64,000 nt of DNA from Gammaproteobacteria bacterium (GTDB taxonomy: Bacteria; Pseudomonadota; Gammaproteobacteria; SpSt-1174), in assembly GCA_037388465.1 (NCBI GenBank), contig JARRKE010000006.1:2853-66852 (forward strand), in the 5' to 3' direction. Below, one piece after another: positions 1 to 9,018 of the stretch (positions are counted from its first letter, which is position 1; each line of letters starts with the position of its first letter). The translations under genes and the position numbers were made by a program. The notes under the pieces are model-generated. The model saw only the letters and a program-made list of their open reading frames with translations. It did not search any database and was not told the origin of the DNA.

Positions 1-1
1 G

Positions 2-415
2 GAACTCGAAATCACCGAAAGCGTCATCATGCGTGACGACAAGGAGGCCATGCTGCGGTTCAAGGCGCTGCACGAGATGGGTGTGCGTATCGCCATCGAC
101 GATTTCGGTACCGGCTATTCCTCGTTGAGTTACCTGAAACGCTTCCCGATCAATACCCTGAAGGTGGACCGCAGTTTCATCCGCGACCTGACCATCGACC
201 CGGACGATGCCACCATCGTACAGGCGATCACCGCGATGGCCGGTTCTCTGGGGCTGGACGTGGTCGCCGAAGGGGTCGAGCAGGAGGAACAGCTGGAATT
301 CCTGCGCGGCGAGCACTGCAGGCTGGCCCAGGGCTACCTCATCAGCCGGCCGGTAGACGCATCCGCCATTGAAGCCCAGCTGTTGAACGGATTGGACGAA
401 AGACAACCCGGCTAG
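2..415 (+). CDS. EAL-domain c-di-GMP phosphodiesterase, C-terminal part (5' end lies outside the window)
   Basis: The frame is open from base 2. Motifs ELEITES, DDFGTGYSSLSYLKRFP, LKVDRSF and EGVE are typical of EAL domains. Confidence 0.85.
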   Translation, partial: ELEITESVIMRDDKEAMLRFKALHEMGVRIAIDDFGTGYSSLSYLKRFPINTLKVDRSFIRDLTIDPDDATIVQAITAMAGSLGLDVVAEGVEQEEQLEFLRGEHCRLAQGYLISRPVDASAIEAQLLNGLDERQPG

Positions 416-502
416 CGGTCACGTTAGCAACACCAATCTTGCTGTGCGCATGCGCTAGACTTGTGGCATGCACTGCAAGGCCTTCAACCCGCGTAACCAC
501 CC

Positions 503-1372
503 ATGTCCCGTACGGCCCTGATTACCGTCGGTGAGCTGGCAGCCCATCTGCAGGATCCGGACTGGCGGATCATCGACTGCCGGTTCTCGCTGGCCGATAC
601 CGATGCGGGATATCGGGCCTATGCGGCGGGACACATCCCCGGGGCGATCTATGCCGATCTCGACCGTGACCTCTCGGGGCCGATCACCGAGTCGAGCGGA
701 CGCCACCCGCTGCCGGAGCGGGAACAGCTCCGGCAGCGATTGGGGGGCTGGGGCATCGCCGCGCAAACCCGGGTCGTGGTCTATGATGACGCCGGCGGCG
801 CCTTCGCCGCCCGTCTGTGGTGGCTGCTGCGCTGGATGGGGCACGAGGCGGTCGGCATCCTGGACGGCGGCTTTCCCGCCTGGCTGGCGGCGGACCGGCC
901 GGTCGACAGTGCCGAGCCCCATTACGCGCGCCGGGATTTCCCCGAGCGGCCGCCGCTGGCGCAGTGGTTGAGCGCCGAGCAGGTGCTGAGCGGGCTGGCG
1001 AGCGGCGATATGCTGCTGGTGGATGCGCGCGCCGCGCCGCGTTTCGAGGGAACCGAGGAGCCGCTGGACCCGGTGGCCGGCCATGTCCCCGGCGCGCTGA
1101 ACCGTCCCTATCAGGACAATCTTTCCGATGACGGCCGTTTCCTGCCGTCCCCGCAGTTGCGCGAACAGTTTCAGGCGCTGATCGCGGCGCACCCGCCGGC
1201 GCAGGTCGTCCATATGTGCGGTTCCGGCGTGACGGCCTGCCATAATCTGTTTGCCATGGAGCTGGCCGGCTTGTCCGGCGCCGGGCTTTATGCCGGTTCC
1301 TGGAGCGAATGGATACGCGATCCCGCCCGTCCGGTCGCCGGGCCCGGAGCAAAGGCCAACGTGTTGTCCTGA
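503..1372 (+). CDS. sseA: 3-mercaptopyruvate/thiosulfate sulfurtransferase (tandem rhodanese)
   Basis: 289 aa with a two-rhodanese layout. The active-site loop CGSGVTAC matches the CG[ST]GVT signature of MST-type enzymes. Confidence 0.85.
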   Translation: MSRTALITVGELAAHLQDPDWRIIDCRFSLADTDAGYRAYAAGHIPGAIYADLDRDLSGPITESSGRHPLPEREQLRQRLGGWGIAAQTRVVVYDDAGGAFAARLWWLLRWMGHEAVGILDGGFPAWLAADRPVDSAEPHYARRDFPERPPLAQWLSAEQVLSGLASGDMLLVDARAAPRFEGTEEPLDPVAGHVPGALNRPYQDNLSDDGRFLPSPQLREQFQALIAAHPPAQVVHMCGSGVTACHNLFAMELAGLSGAGLYAGSWSEWIRDPARPVAGPGAKANVLS

Positions 1373-1382
1373 GGAGTCGTCC

Positions 1383-1955
1383 ATGTCAAACGCAAATCAT
1401 CATCGATTCCACGTGCCGGGGAGGCGTCTGTCCCTGCTCGCGCTCGGCTGCGTGCTGTTGTTGAGCGCCTGCGCGAGTTGGAATCCGAACCGCGATGCCC
1501 GGGCCGAGGCCGAGGCGCGGACGACCGTCGATCGCTTTTTGCAGCGCGATCCGTCGCTGCGCAGCTTTTTCGACCAGGCCTATGCCTATGCGGTGTTCCC
1601 CAACGTCGGCAAAGGGGCCGCCACCGTGGGTGGCGCCTTCGGGCGCGGGCTGGTTTATCGCGGCGGGCAGGTGCTCGGCCGGACCACGTTGACCCAGCTG
1701 ACGGTCGGATTCCAGATCGGCGGCCAGGCCTACAGCGAGTTGATCTTTTTCCGCGACAAGGCATCCCTGGATCGCTTCCGCAGCGGTCAGCTGGAATTCG
1801 ACGCCCAGGCCTCGGCCGTGGTCGCCAAGGCCGGTGCCGCCGCCAACGCGCCCTACGAGCGCGGCGTGGCGGTATTCACGCTGCCCAAGGGCGGTTTCAT
1901 GTTCGAGGCCTCGATCGGCGGCCAGCGATTCACTTACCAGCCGATGGGGCAATAG
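1383..1955 (+). CDS. SYLF/Ysc84-like (DUF500) lipoprotein
   Basis: ATG at 1383 is followed by a signal peptide and lipobox LLSAC. The Gly-rich FQIGGQA...FDAQASAV repeats are typical of SYLF domains. The longer ORF start at 1251 overlaps sseA. Confidence 0.6.
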   Translation: MSNANHHRFHVPGRRLSLLALGCVLLLSACASWNPNRDARAEAEARTTVDRFLQRDPSLRSFFDQAYAYAVFPNVGKGAATVGGAFGRGLVYRGGQVLGRTTLTQLTVGFQIGGQAYSELIFFRDKASLDRFRSGQLEFDAQASAVVAKAGAAANAPYERGVAVFTLPKGGFMFEASIGGQRFTYQPMGQ

Positions 1956-1962
1956 GCGGCGC

Positions 1963-2736
1963 CTATTCGACGTAGATCATCTTGCGTGTCATGCCGCCGT
2001 CGACCACGAAGTCCTGGGCGGTGATGAATCCGGCCTGATCGGAGCACAGATACCAGGCCAGCGCCGCGATGTCTTCCGGACGTCCGACACGACCAACGGG
2101 ATGTTGGGCGTGATCGGCTTCGCTCAGCGCGGCAGGCTGACGCGAGGCGCGCTTCTGCCAGCCGGTAACGTCGATCCAGCCGGGGCTGATGCTGTTGACG
2201 CGCACCTCGGGGCCGAGGCTCATCGCCAGGGCGTGGGTGAGGGCGTAGATTCCGCCCTTGGACGCCGAGTAGGCCTCGGTATGCGGTTCCGACATGCGCG
2301 CCCGTGTGGAGCAGAGATTGACGATGGCGCCGCGGCTTTCACGCAACAGCGGCGCGGCATGTTTGCTGCACAGGAAGGTGCCGGTCAGATTGGTGCCGAT
2401 CACCCGGTTCCAGTCCGTCAGGCTCAGTTGTTCGATGGGTTTGTTGCAGGCGATGGCGGCGTTGTTGATCAGACAGTCGAGGCGGCCGAAGCGCTTGGCC
2501 GTCTGCCGCATCAATTCGATGACATCGGCATCGTGACCGATGTCCACGGTGAGGCCGAGTGCCTCGCCTTGTGATTGCAGCTGCCCCGTCGTTTCCCGGC
2601 AGGCATCGACATCGCGGTCGGCGATCACGATACGGTAGCCGCCGGACAAAAACCGCTCGGCGATCGCCCGCCCGATGCCCTGCCCGCCGCCGGTGACGAT
2701 GCAAACCGGTGCGGCCGCTTGTGAGGCTTGTGACAT
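1963..2736 (-). CDS. Short-chain dehydrogenase/reductase (SDR)
   Basis: TGGGQGIGRAIA cofactor motif and YSASKGG (YxxxK) catalytic motif. Start chosen at MSQASQ (ATG 2736). Confidence 0.85.
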   Translation of the reverse strand: MSQASQAAAPVCIVTGGGQGIGRAIAERFLSGGYRIVIADRDVDACRETTGQLQSQGEALGLTVDIGHDADVIELMRQTAKRFGRLDCLINNAAIACNKPIEQLSLTDWNRVIGTNLTGTFLCSKHAAPLLRESRGAIVNLCSTRARMSEPHTEAYSASKGGIYALTHALAMSLGPEVRVNSISPGWIDVTGWQKRASRQPAALSEADHAQHPVGRVGRPEDIAALAWYLCSDQAGFITAQDFVVDGGMTRKMIYVE

Positions 2737-2868
2737 GTGGTGTTGAATGTGTTTTCGCTGAACAGGCATGAATTCTAGCTGCCGGCTGCGACATATGGCA
2801 GATGGTGCGCACCCGGGTGCGGCCGGTGCCGGATGGACGATCGACGATACGGGAATCCGAAAACGCTC

Positions 2869-3501
2869 ATGGTTGATTGGACGGAGTTCGTGAAATTCAT
2901 TGTCGCGCTGGTCGCCATGGTGGATCCCATCGGCAGTCTGCCGATCTTCATGGGCATGACCCGGCATCTGAGCGGCGCCGAGACCCGTCAGGCGAGCCGG
3001 CTGGCGGCGATTACCGTGGCAACGGTGCTCATCCTGGCGCTGATCGGCGGCGACAGCGTACTGCGTTTTTTCGGTATCTCGTTCGCCTCCTTTCGCGTGG
3101 CCGGCGGCATCATCCTGTTGCTGGTCGCCTTTGCCATGCTCAATGCCCGTCCCAGTCCGGTGAGGCAGACCGAGGCGGAAATGCAGGATGCGGAAGGCAA
3201 GCAGTCGGTGGGGGTGGTGCCGTTGGGCATCCCCCTGTTGGCGGGGCCGGGCGCGATCGCGACGGTAATCCTGTATGCGCCCCGCCCGGTGTCAGTGCAG
3301 CACGACGCGTGGCTGGCGGGTGGCATTCTGTTGGTGGCGCTGCTGATCTGGGTGTGTTTCAGCTCGGCGCCGTGGCTGATGCGGATGCTGGGCAACACCG
3401 GTATCAATATCTCGACCCGTATCATGGGCCTGATCATCGCCGCCATCGGCGTCGAATTCATGGCCGGCGGTCTGCGGCAGCTGTTCCCGGGGCTGGGCTG
3501 A
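2869..3501 (+). CDS. MarC/UPF0056 family inner-membrane protein
   Basis: The FIVALVAMVDPIGSLPIF N-terminus and multiple hydrophobic helices fit the family. Start chosen at MVDW. Confidence 0.75.
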   Translation: MVDWTEFVKFIVALVAMVDPIGSLPIFMGMTRHLSGAETRQASRLAAITVATVLILALIGGDSVLRFFGISFASFRVAGGIILLLVAFAMLNARPSPVRQTEAEMQDAEGKQSVGVVPLGIPLLAGPGAIATVILYAPRPVSVQHDAWLAGGILLVALLIWVCFSSAPWLMRMLGNTGINISTRIMGLIIAAIGVEFMAGGLRQLFPGLG

Positions 3502-3549
3502 ACCGGGGCATCCGTATCCAACCAATGACCCCGATAAAATAGGAGCGAG

Positions 3550-4071
3550 ATGATCATGTCGTTACGCACAATCATCGCGAGTCTGTTGCCGGCGCTGTTT
3601 GCGGGTACGCTGGCATTCGCACCAGCGGGCGTGCAGGCGGCCGATCTGATCTCGGTGCGCAAGCTTACGCTGCAAATGGCCGGTGAGCTCGCCCGGCAGG
3701 CCGTGCAGGCCTGCGCCAAGGCCGGCTATCAGGTGACCGCGGTGGTGGTGGACCGGGAGGGCATTCCGCAGGTCATGATGCGGAACACGCTCGCACCGCG
3801 GTTTACGATTCAGATCGCCCGGGACAAGGCCAATGCGGTCATTCTCTCCGGCGTCAGTTCCGGCGCGTTTCGGACCAACCGCGCCGATATCCGCATGGAA
3901 ATGGACCATGTACACGGCGTGTTGGTGCTGCAGGGCGGGGTGCCGATTCGTGCGGCGGGCTCGCTGGTGGGTGCCCTGGGGGTGAGCGGGGCGCCCGGTG
4001 GCGACAAGGACGAGGCCTGCGCCCGCCAGGCCGTGGATGCCCTGCGGGATCGGCTGGAGTTCGCCAATTAA
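3550..4071 (+). CDS. GlcG/HbpS-family (DUF336) haem-binding protein, secreted
   Basis: Signal peptide ending AQA. The AVVVDREG...IARDKANAV...GGVPI...GALGVSGAPGGDKDEAC pattern fits the GlcG family. Confidence 0.75.
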   Translation: MIMSLRTIIASLLPALFAGTLAFAPAGVQAADLISVRKLTLQMAGELARQAVQACAKAGYQVTAVVVDREGIPQVMMRNTLAPRFTIQIARDKANAVILSGVSSGAFRTNRADIRMEMDHVHGVLVLQGGVPIRAAGSLVGALGVSGAPGGDKDEACARQAVDALRDRLEFAN

Positions 4072-4169
4072 CCTGCCGGTCGGGATAGAACCTGCTGGCC
4101 GTTTGTCCAACGTGCATGCCGGCACGGACCGGCATGCCAATCGTTTCAGCCCGGGAGGAGGAGGCGCAT

Positions 4170-4841
4170 ATGACTACACCCAAATCGGTCTTGATGGTGC
4201 TCACCAACCATGACCACATCGACGACGAGCACCCGACGGGGCTCTGGTTCGAGGAATTCGCGGTGCCCTACGCGCGGTTTTGCGATCAGGGATATCACGT
4301 GACGGTGGCCAGCCCGCGGGGCGGGACGGTGCCGATCGATCCCCGCAGCATGCCGGACGATGCTGAGTCGTCCGCGAATCGCGAGGCCCTGGAGGCCCTG
4401 CGGGATACGCAGGCGCTGGACGAGCTGGATATCGAACAGTTCGATGCCGTCTTTTTCCCAGGCGGTCACGGCACCATGTACGACATGCCCGGTAACGCGG
4501 CCGTGGCGCAACTGGTGGGCCGCTTCGCGGACGAGGACAAGGTGGTCGCGGCGGTTTGCCACGGCCCCGCCGCGCTGCTCGACGCACAGCGGGCCGACGG
4601 TACGCCGGTGGTGAAGGGGCATCGGATCGCGGCCTTCACCAATGCCGAGGAGGCGGCGGTGGAGCTGGACGGCCTGATGCCGTTTTTACTCGAGTCCCGC
4701 CTGCGGGAGCTGGGTGCCGACGTGGATGCGGCCGCCCCGTGGCGCGATCACGTCATCGTGGATGGACGTCTCGTTACGGGACAGAATCCGCAGTCCAGCG
4801 GCAGCGCGGCCGATGCGGTGATCCGGCTGCTGTCTGCTTAG
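4170..4841 (+). CDS. DJ-1/PfpI-type (class I glutamine amidotransferase-like) protein
   Basis: GGAGGAGG lies upstream of ATG 4170. The AAVCHGPAAL nucleophile-elbow motif is present. Confidence 0.8.
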   Translation: MTTPKSVLMVLTNHDHIDDEHPTGLWFEEFAVPYARFCDQGYHVTVASPRGGTVPIDPRSMPDDAESSANREALEALRDTQALDELDIEQFDAVFFPGGHGTMYDMPGNAAVAQLVGRFADEDKVVAAVCHGPAALLDAQRADGTPVVKGHRIAAFTNAEEAAVELDGLMPFLLESRLRELGADVDAAAPWRDHVIVDGRLVTGQNPQSSGSAADAVIRLLSA

Positions 4842-5383
4842 TTCCCGGGGGCGGGGGCCTGCAGGGTGGCGACGCCACCGAGGGCCGCATGGATTTCCTG
4901 CAGGGTGGGCGGTTCGGCATTCGCCGGTTCCGCTTGCGCCCCATTGCAGGTTACGCGCATGACATTGGGCTGCTTGGCCGATTTCAGGCGCATTTCCACC
5001 TTGTAGAAGATGAAGGACGGCCCTTCGCTGTCCAGGCCGCTGAGTCTGCGGCTGGCGACCATGACCGGCTTGCGCATGACCACCTCGCCGGTATCCTGAA
5101 TCACCCGGGTGACGGTGAAGCTGTCCGGCATGATGCTGCGCGGCTTTCCGCTCAGGGTGCGTATCTCGAAGCTGCAGCTGGTGCGGTAGAGGTCCAGGTT
5201 TCCGTAGCGCACCACCTTGCCGTCCTGGACAAAGACGCGGGTCGCGTCCGGCGGGACGGTCAGGGGCCGGTGCAGGACGATCCGGCTGCCCACGGCGGGC
5301 AGCGCATAGCGATTGTCGGCACCCTGCATGCTCTGGCAGCCGGCCAGCAGCGTCAGCGTCAAAATCGGTAACAGATGTTTCAT
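4838..5383 (-). CDS. Lipoprotein of unknown function
   Basis: MKHLLPILTLTLLAGC is a signal peptide plus lipobox. Third-position GC is high. Confidence 0.6.
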   Translation of the reverse strand: MKHLLPILTLTLLAGCQSMQGADNRYALPAVGSRIVLHRPLTVPPDATRVFVQDGKVVRYGNLDLYRTSCSFEIRTLSGKPRSIMPDSFTVTRVIQDTGEVVMRKPVMVASRRLSGLDSEGPSFIFYKVEMRLKSAKQPNVMRVTCNGAQAEPANAEPPTLQEIHAALGGVATLQAPAPGN

Positions 5384-5449
5384 CGCCGGCCTCACGGGGC
5401 GTGGATTAAAGGGCAGGACCGTACGGCACTGAGATGCGGCCAGCTTAGT

Positions 5450-5746
5450 CTAGTGGGGACGGTGCAACAAGGGCATGTCGCCCCGATGCAACATGTGCCG
5501 GATCAGTGTGGCGCGCCCCGGTTCACGCTGTTCGAGAGCGTCCGCGCACACCGACTCGACATGGGCCGACTCGGAAAGCAGGACTTCCAGTTCCATCAGG
5601 TCGACCTTGGGTTCAGTAAGGTCGTCCAGCGACGGCGTGTCCTGCCCGTGCACCTCCCAGAACATGCGTGGATGCCAGAAATGGTTGCGTACATCCGGGT
5701 TCTGGAAGAGCGCAACACAGCGTTGATTGAGTTCGCGAGCGTCCAT
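5450..5746 (-). CDS. Hypothetical protein (98 aa)
   Basis: Open frame with genome-like codon bias. I recognise no motif. Confidence 0.35.
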   Translation of the reverse strand: MDARELNQRCVALFQNPDVRNHFWHPRMFWEVHGQDTPSLDDLTEPKVDLMELEVLLSESAHVESVCADALEQREPGRATLIRHMLHRGDMPLLHRPH

Positions 5747-5900
5747 AATGCGTCCTCCGGATTATTGCTGGCTCATCCGTAAAGCATAGTTCAGCGCGAC
5801 CGACTTTCAATTTCCCCTCCCACTGTTCAGCTTTCGAGCAGCCTTGGATATACTCCATAAAAAAACAAAGGCTTAATACCAGCGGGGTAGCAGTCTCAAT

Positions 5901-6449
5901 ATGGCCGGCCAGGGTGATGATCCATCCGCGGGGAAACCGCCGAATTTCCCCTTTCGCGATGCAGAGGGTGTGTTGGTGACAGAAGAGCGCAGAAAACGAG
6001 AACGACGCAAATGGGGTAAGACGCCGGAGTACCCCTTTCGCGATTCGGACGGGAATCTGGTGACGCACAACCGGCGTCGGATCATCGACCGCCGTTCGAG
6101 CGACGTCGATCTCCGGGAGTCACTGGGTGAGCATCTCCGGCTCAAGTACCAGGACAAGGAGTTCGTCGTCTCGTTCGACGCCCCACCGTTCACGGTTGGC
6201 CGTTCCAAAGAGGCCGATCTGCAGATCGACGAGAGTTTTGTCTCGCGCCTGCATGCGACCATCGAATGCCGTCACGGCGAATTCTTTCTCAAGGATCAGA
6301 GCCGCAACGGCACCTTGATCAAGGGCGAGGACGGCGGCGTGACCCGTCTGGCCAAATCGGAAACCGTGCTGCAGGGCGAAGGCGTGATCAGTTTCGGCGA
6401 GCGGTTCGAGCACAACGAAGGGCACTTGGTCGAATACAGGCTGGGCTGA
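5901..6449 (+). CDS. FHA-domain protein with two N-terminal Arg-rich repeats
   Basis: The C-terminal FHA signature reads GR...SRLHA...NGT. The N-terminus has duplicated [FY]PFRDxxGxLVTxxRR..RR motifs. Confidence 0.8.
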   Translation: MAGQGDDPSAGKPPNFPFRDAEGVLVTEERRKRERRKWGKTPEYPFRDSDGNLVTHNRRRIIDRRSSDVDLRESLGEHLRLKYQDKEFVVSFDAPPFTVGRSKEADLQIDESFVSRLHATIECRHGEFFLKDQSRNGTLIKGEDGGVTRLAKSETVLQGEGVISFGERFEHNEGHLVEYRLG

Positions 6450-6455
6450 CCGGTT

Positions 6456-6968
6456 TCAGTCTCTTCGCAAGAATCCACTGGGCTGGCCCTGCCCATCGAT
6501 CAGACCGTGGTCGTACAGCCATGCCCTGGCGTCCTCTGCGTCGCGCTCGAACCAGGCGCGGGCGTTGCCCAACCGAAAGCTGTATCCCCAGCTGTCCATA
6601 TCCCGCATCGTCCGCCCGGCGCTGTAATGGGGCAGCCGGTCCGCGAGCAGGATTTGCAGATAGCAGACGCCGTTCTCCTCCTGCGGCTCGCCGCCGGCGT
6701 CGGTGTCCAGCGCGCGGCGTCGCGCCCGGTCCATGCACAGGTAGTGACAGCCCTCATGCAGTGCGGAATGGACGGGCGTGTCGGCGCGGACGTAGAGGGC
6801 ATCGCCCCGCAGCCCGGCCTCGGGCGGTCCCCAGTAGCTGCCGGGGATCTCGCCGGAAACCTCCTCTACCCGCAGCCCGTAGGGCGCGAACAGCGCCCGT
6901 AGCGGGGACAGGCCGATGTCGCCGACGAGGACGACATCGGGGGCTGGAGCGGGCTCAGCGTATGGCAT
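6456..6968 (-). CDS. Hypothetical protein with an HExxH motif
   Basis: 170 aa. HEGCH is the only motif I recognise. It overlaps the stop of the upstream rhodanese gene by 14 nt, which suggests an operon. Confidence 0.5.
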   Translation of the reverse strand: MPYAEPAPAPDVVLVGDIGLSPLRALFAPYGLRVEEVSGEIPGSYWGPPEAGLRGDALYVRADTPVHSALHEGCHYLCMDRARRRALDTDAGGEPQEENGVCYLQILLADRLPHYSAGRTMRDMDSWGYSFRLGNARAWFERDAEDARAWLYDHGLIDGQGQPSGFLRRD

Positions 6969-7761
6969 TGAGCATGCTGTCGTAATACGCCTTCGCGCCG
7001 CCCTGCATGAAGTAGTAGCCGGTCAGCCCTTCCTCCTGCAGAAAGTATTGCAGCCAGCGGACCTGGTGGCCGGTGGCGTCGTATACCAGCAGGGTCTTGT
7101 TGCCGCGTTTTGCTTGCTCGACGTACTGTTTGAGCTGGTCGTTGTCCAGCGGCACGTTGTGCTGTATGGCGGGGAAGAACTCCAGGCCTTCGCGCTGATA
7201 ACGGTCGCGGATATCCAGCACGATGGCGTTGCCGGTGTGTGCGCGCTTGGCGAATTCCTCTGGGTCGAGCTCGTGCGCCGCCAGCTGCTTCTTGCTGATC
7301 AGTTTGTCGGGATCGAGGGGGGATTTGCCCAGCAGTACCGACAGGTCGGGGTGGGCGTGCGCCCAGTCGAAGATGCCGGCATCGAACGCGAAGACGTTGT
7401 CGACCCCGGCGAGACGCGCACGTTTGGTGCCCTTGTAGGACTTCATGCAGGTATGCCCGTTGCAGTAGAACACGATCGGGGTGTCCGGCTCGGCCTTGCG
7501 CAAGGCGATGATCTGTTGTTCGAAGTCCTTCGAGGTCAGCGGGATGTTCTTGGCGCCCTTGATATGCAGCGTGTTGTACTCGTAGTCCGAGCGGACGTCG
7601 ACGATTGCGGCCTTGTCGTACGTCTTGTGCAGGTTCTCAAGGGTGATGGTTTTATCCAGTGGGTAGAGCCTCCTGCCCGGGAAATCCTCCTCTGCTGCGT
7701 TAGCCTGCGTGATAAACAAAAAGACGATAAAAACACTCAACCATTTCGTGATGGCTTGCAT
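6955..7761 (-). CDS. Periplasmic tandem-rhodanese protein
   Basis: Signal peptide MQAITKWLSVFIVFLFITQANA. There are two rhodanese-like halves. The first carries a Cys loop (YCNGHTCMKS) and the second lacks Cys. Confidence 0.7.
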   Translation of the reverse strand: MQAITKWLSVFIVFLFITQANAAEEDFPGRRLYPLDKTITLENLHKTYDKAAIVDVRSDYEYNTLHIKGAKNIPLTSKDFEQQIIALRKAEPDTPIVFYCNGHTCMKSYKGTKRARLAGVDNVFAFDAGIFDWAHAHPDLSVLLGKSPLDPDKLISKKQLAAHELDPEEFAKRAHTGNAIVLDIRDRYQREGLEFFPAIQHNVPLDNDQLKQYVEQAKRGNKTLLVYDATGHQVRWLQYFLQEEGLTGYYFMQGGAKAYYDSMLNAIR

Positions 7762-7823
7762 AGTTATGGTATTTCCAATGGCAGTTACGACGGGAGCCAG
7801 CGTAAGCCGGCCCCCGTCGAAGT

Positions 7824-8054
7824 TCAAGCTGCTTTGTCGCTTGATCTCGCCGTTGGAGGGAGTGCCGCCATCAGGTGTTCGATCATTTGTGCACGGGTTG
7901 CTTCATCCAGGTCGTCGACCTGGGTGCTCCAGCGAAAACCGAATTCCCGGGCCGTACGGCTCAGGGCCTCGTGGTGGTAGCGAAGTGCGGGGTATTTGCG
8001 TTTGGCGCTGAGATGGATCTTGACGTTCACGATGTCGGCTTCACAAAAACACAT
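7824..8054 (-). CDS. Hypothetical small protein (76 aa)
   Basis: A near-perfect SD (AAGGAGGTGA) lies 9 nt upstream of ATG 8054. Codon bias looks coding. It is the first gene of the rhodanese operon. Confidence 0.55.
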   Translation of the reverse strand: MCFCEADIVNVKIHLSAKRKYPALRYHHEALSRTAREFGFRWSTQVDDLDEATRAQMIEHLMAALPPTARSSDKAA

Positions 8055-8099
8055 ACCAGATCACCTCCTTGCATGATGGACTGCCTGAATCTGGGGGTC

Positions 8100-8290
8100 T
8101 AGGTCATGTATATGTGATTTTCAAGCGGCATATTATTAATTTATTAAATATAAGCTGTATTTTTTCCATAAAAAACACGCCAATTTTACAAAAAATCAGT
8201 GTATTAGTAGATTTTATTTTTAAATGTTATCTGGGTTTTCGGTGTGTATAATCGGGCATGAAATCAGGTAAATGTGATTAGTTAATAATT
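8100..8290. promoter_or_regulatory. AT-rich divergent promoter region (contains TATAAT at 8247..8252 on the + strand)
   Basis: This is a conspicuous AT-rich island in otherwise GC-rich DNA. It lies between divergent genes. TGTGTATAAT sits ~60 nt upstream of the cytochrome c ATG. Confidence 0.4.
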
Positions 8291-8315
8291 GCAAAAAATA
8301 GATAAGGAGGATGGT

Positions 8316-8645
8316 ATGAGGTCATACAGGCTGCTTGCGGCGACGCTGTGCCTGCTCATGCTGCCCGCGGGAGGGGCATGGGCTGCCGGCGATCCGGTCG
8401 CGGGCAAACAGAAGGCGGCGTTGTGTCTGGGCTGTCACGGGGTGAAAACCTACTTCAATGTCTATCCCACTTACCACGTGCCGAAACTCGGTGGCCAGCA
8501 TGCGCAATACATCATTGCTGCGCTCGAGGAGTACAAGTCCGGCCAGCGGTCTCATGGGACCATGCATGCCCAGGCCTCCAGCCTGAGCAAGCAGGACATG
8601 GAAGACATCGCGGCCTTTTTCGCCAGCTACAAACAACGCAAATGA
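8316..8645 (+). CDS. Monohaem class I c-type cytochrome (c4/c553-like), secreted
   Basis: AAGGAGG precedes the ATG. Signal peptide present. Haem motif CLGCHG with a downstream Met ligand region (GTMHA). Confidence 0.85.
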   Translation: MRSYRLLAATLCLLMLPAGGAWAAGDPVAGKQKAALCLGCHGVKTYFNVYPTYHVPKLGGQHAQYIIAALEEYKSGQRSHGTMHAQASSLSKQDMEDIAAFFASYKQRK

Positions 8646-8661
8646 GCGAGCGGGGGAAATA

Positions 8662-9018
8662 ATGAAGAACAAGTCTCTGATTATGACCGCCGCCCTGAGT
8701 TTTATCCTGGCCGTACCCGCGGTGCATGCCGCCGGTGACCCGGTTGCCGGCAAGCAGAAGGCGCAGATGTGCGTGGCCTGCCACGGCAAGGGCGGGCATT
8801 CGACCAACCCGGCCTATCCGGTGCTGGCGGGGCAGTACGAGGATTACCTGTTGCGTGCCCTCAAGGAATACAAGTCCGGTGCGCGCAAGAATCCGATCAT
8901 GACCAGCATGGTGGCGAGCCTGACCGACCAGGATATGGAGAACCTTGCGGCCTATTTCTCCAGCCAGAAGGCGTTGGTAACGCCGGCGATCGAGGATTTC
9001 TCACCCAAGAACTTCTAA
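8662..9018 (+). CDS. Monohaem class I c-type cytochrome, paralogue of the preceding gene
   Basis: Signal peptide present. AAGDPVAGKQKAQMCVACHG is nearly identical to the neighbour's AAGDPVAGKQKAALCLGCHG. Confidence 0.85.
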   Translation: MKNKSLIMTAALSFILAVPAVHAAGDPVAGKQKAQMCVACHGKGGHSTNPAYPVLAGQYEDYLLRALKEYKSGARKNPIMTSMVASLTDQDMENLAAYFSSQKALVTPAIEDFSPKNF

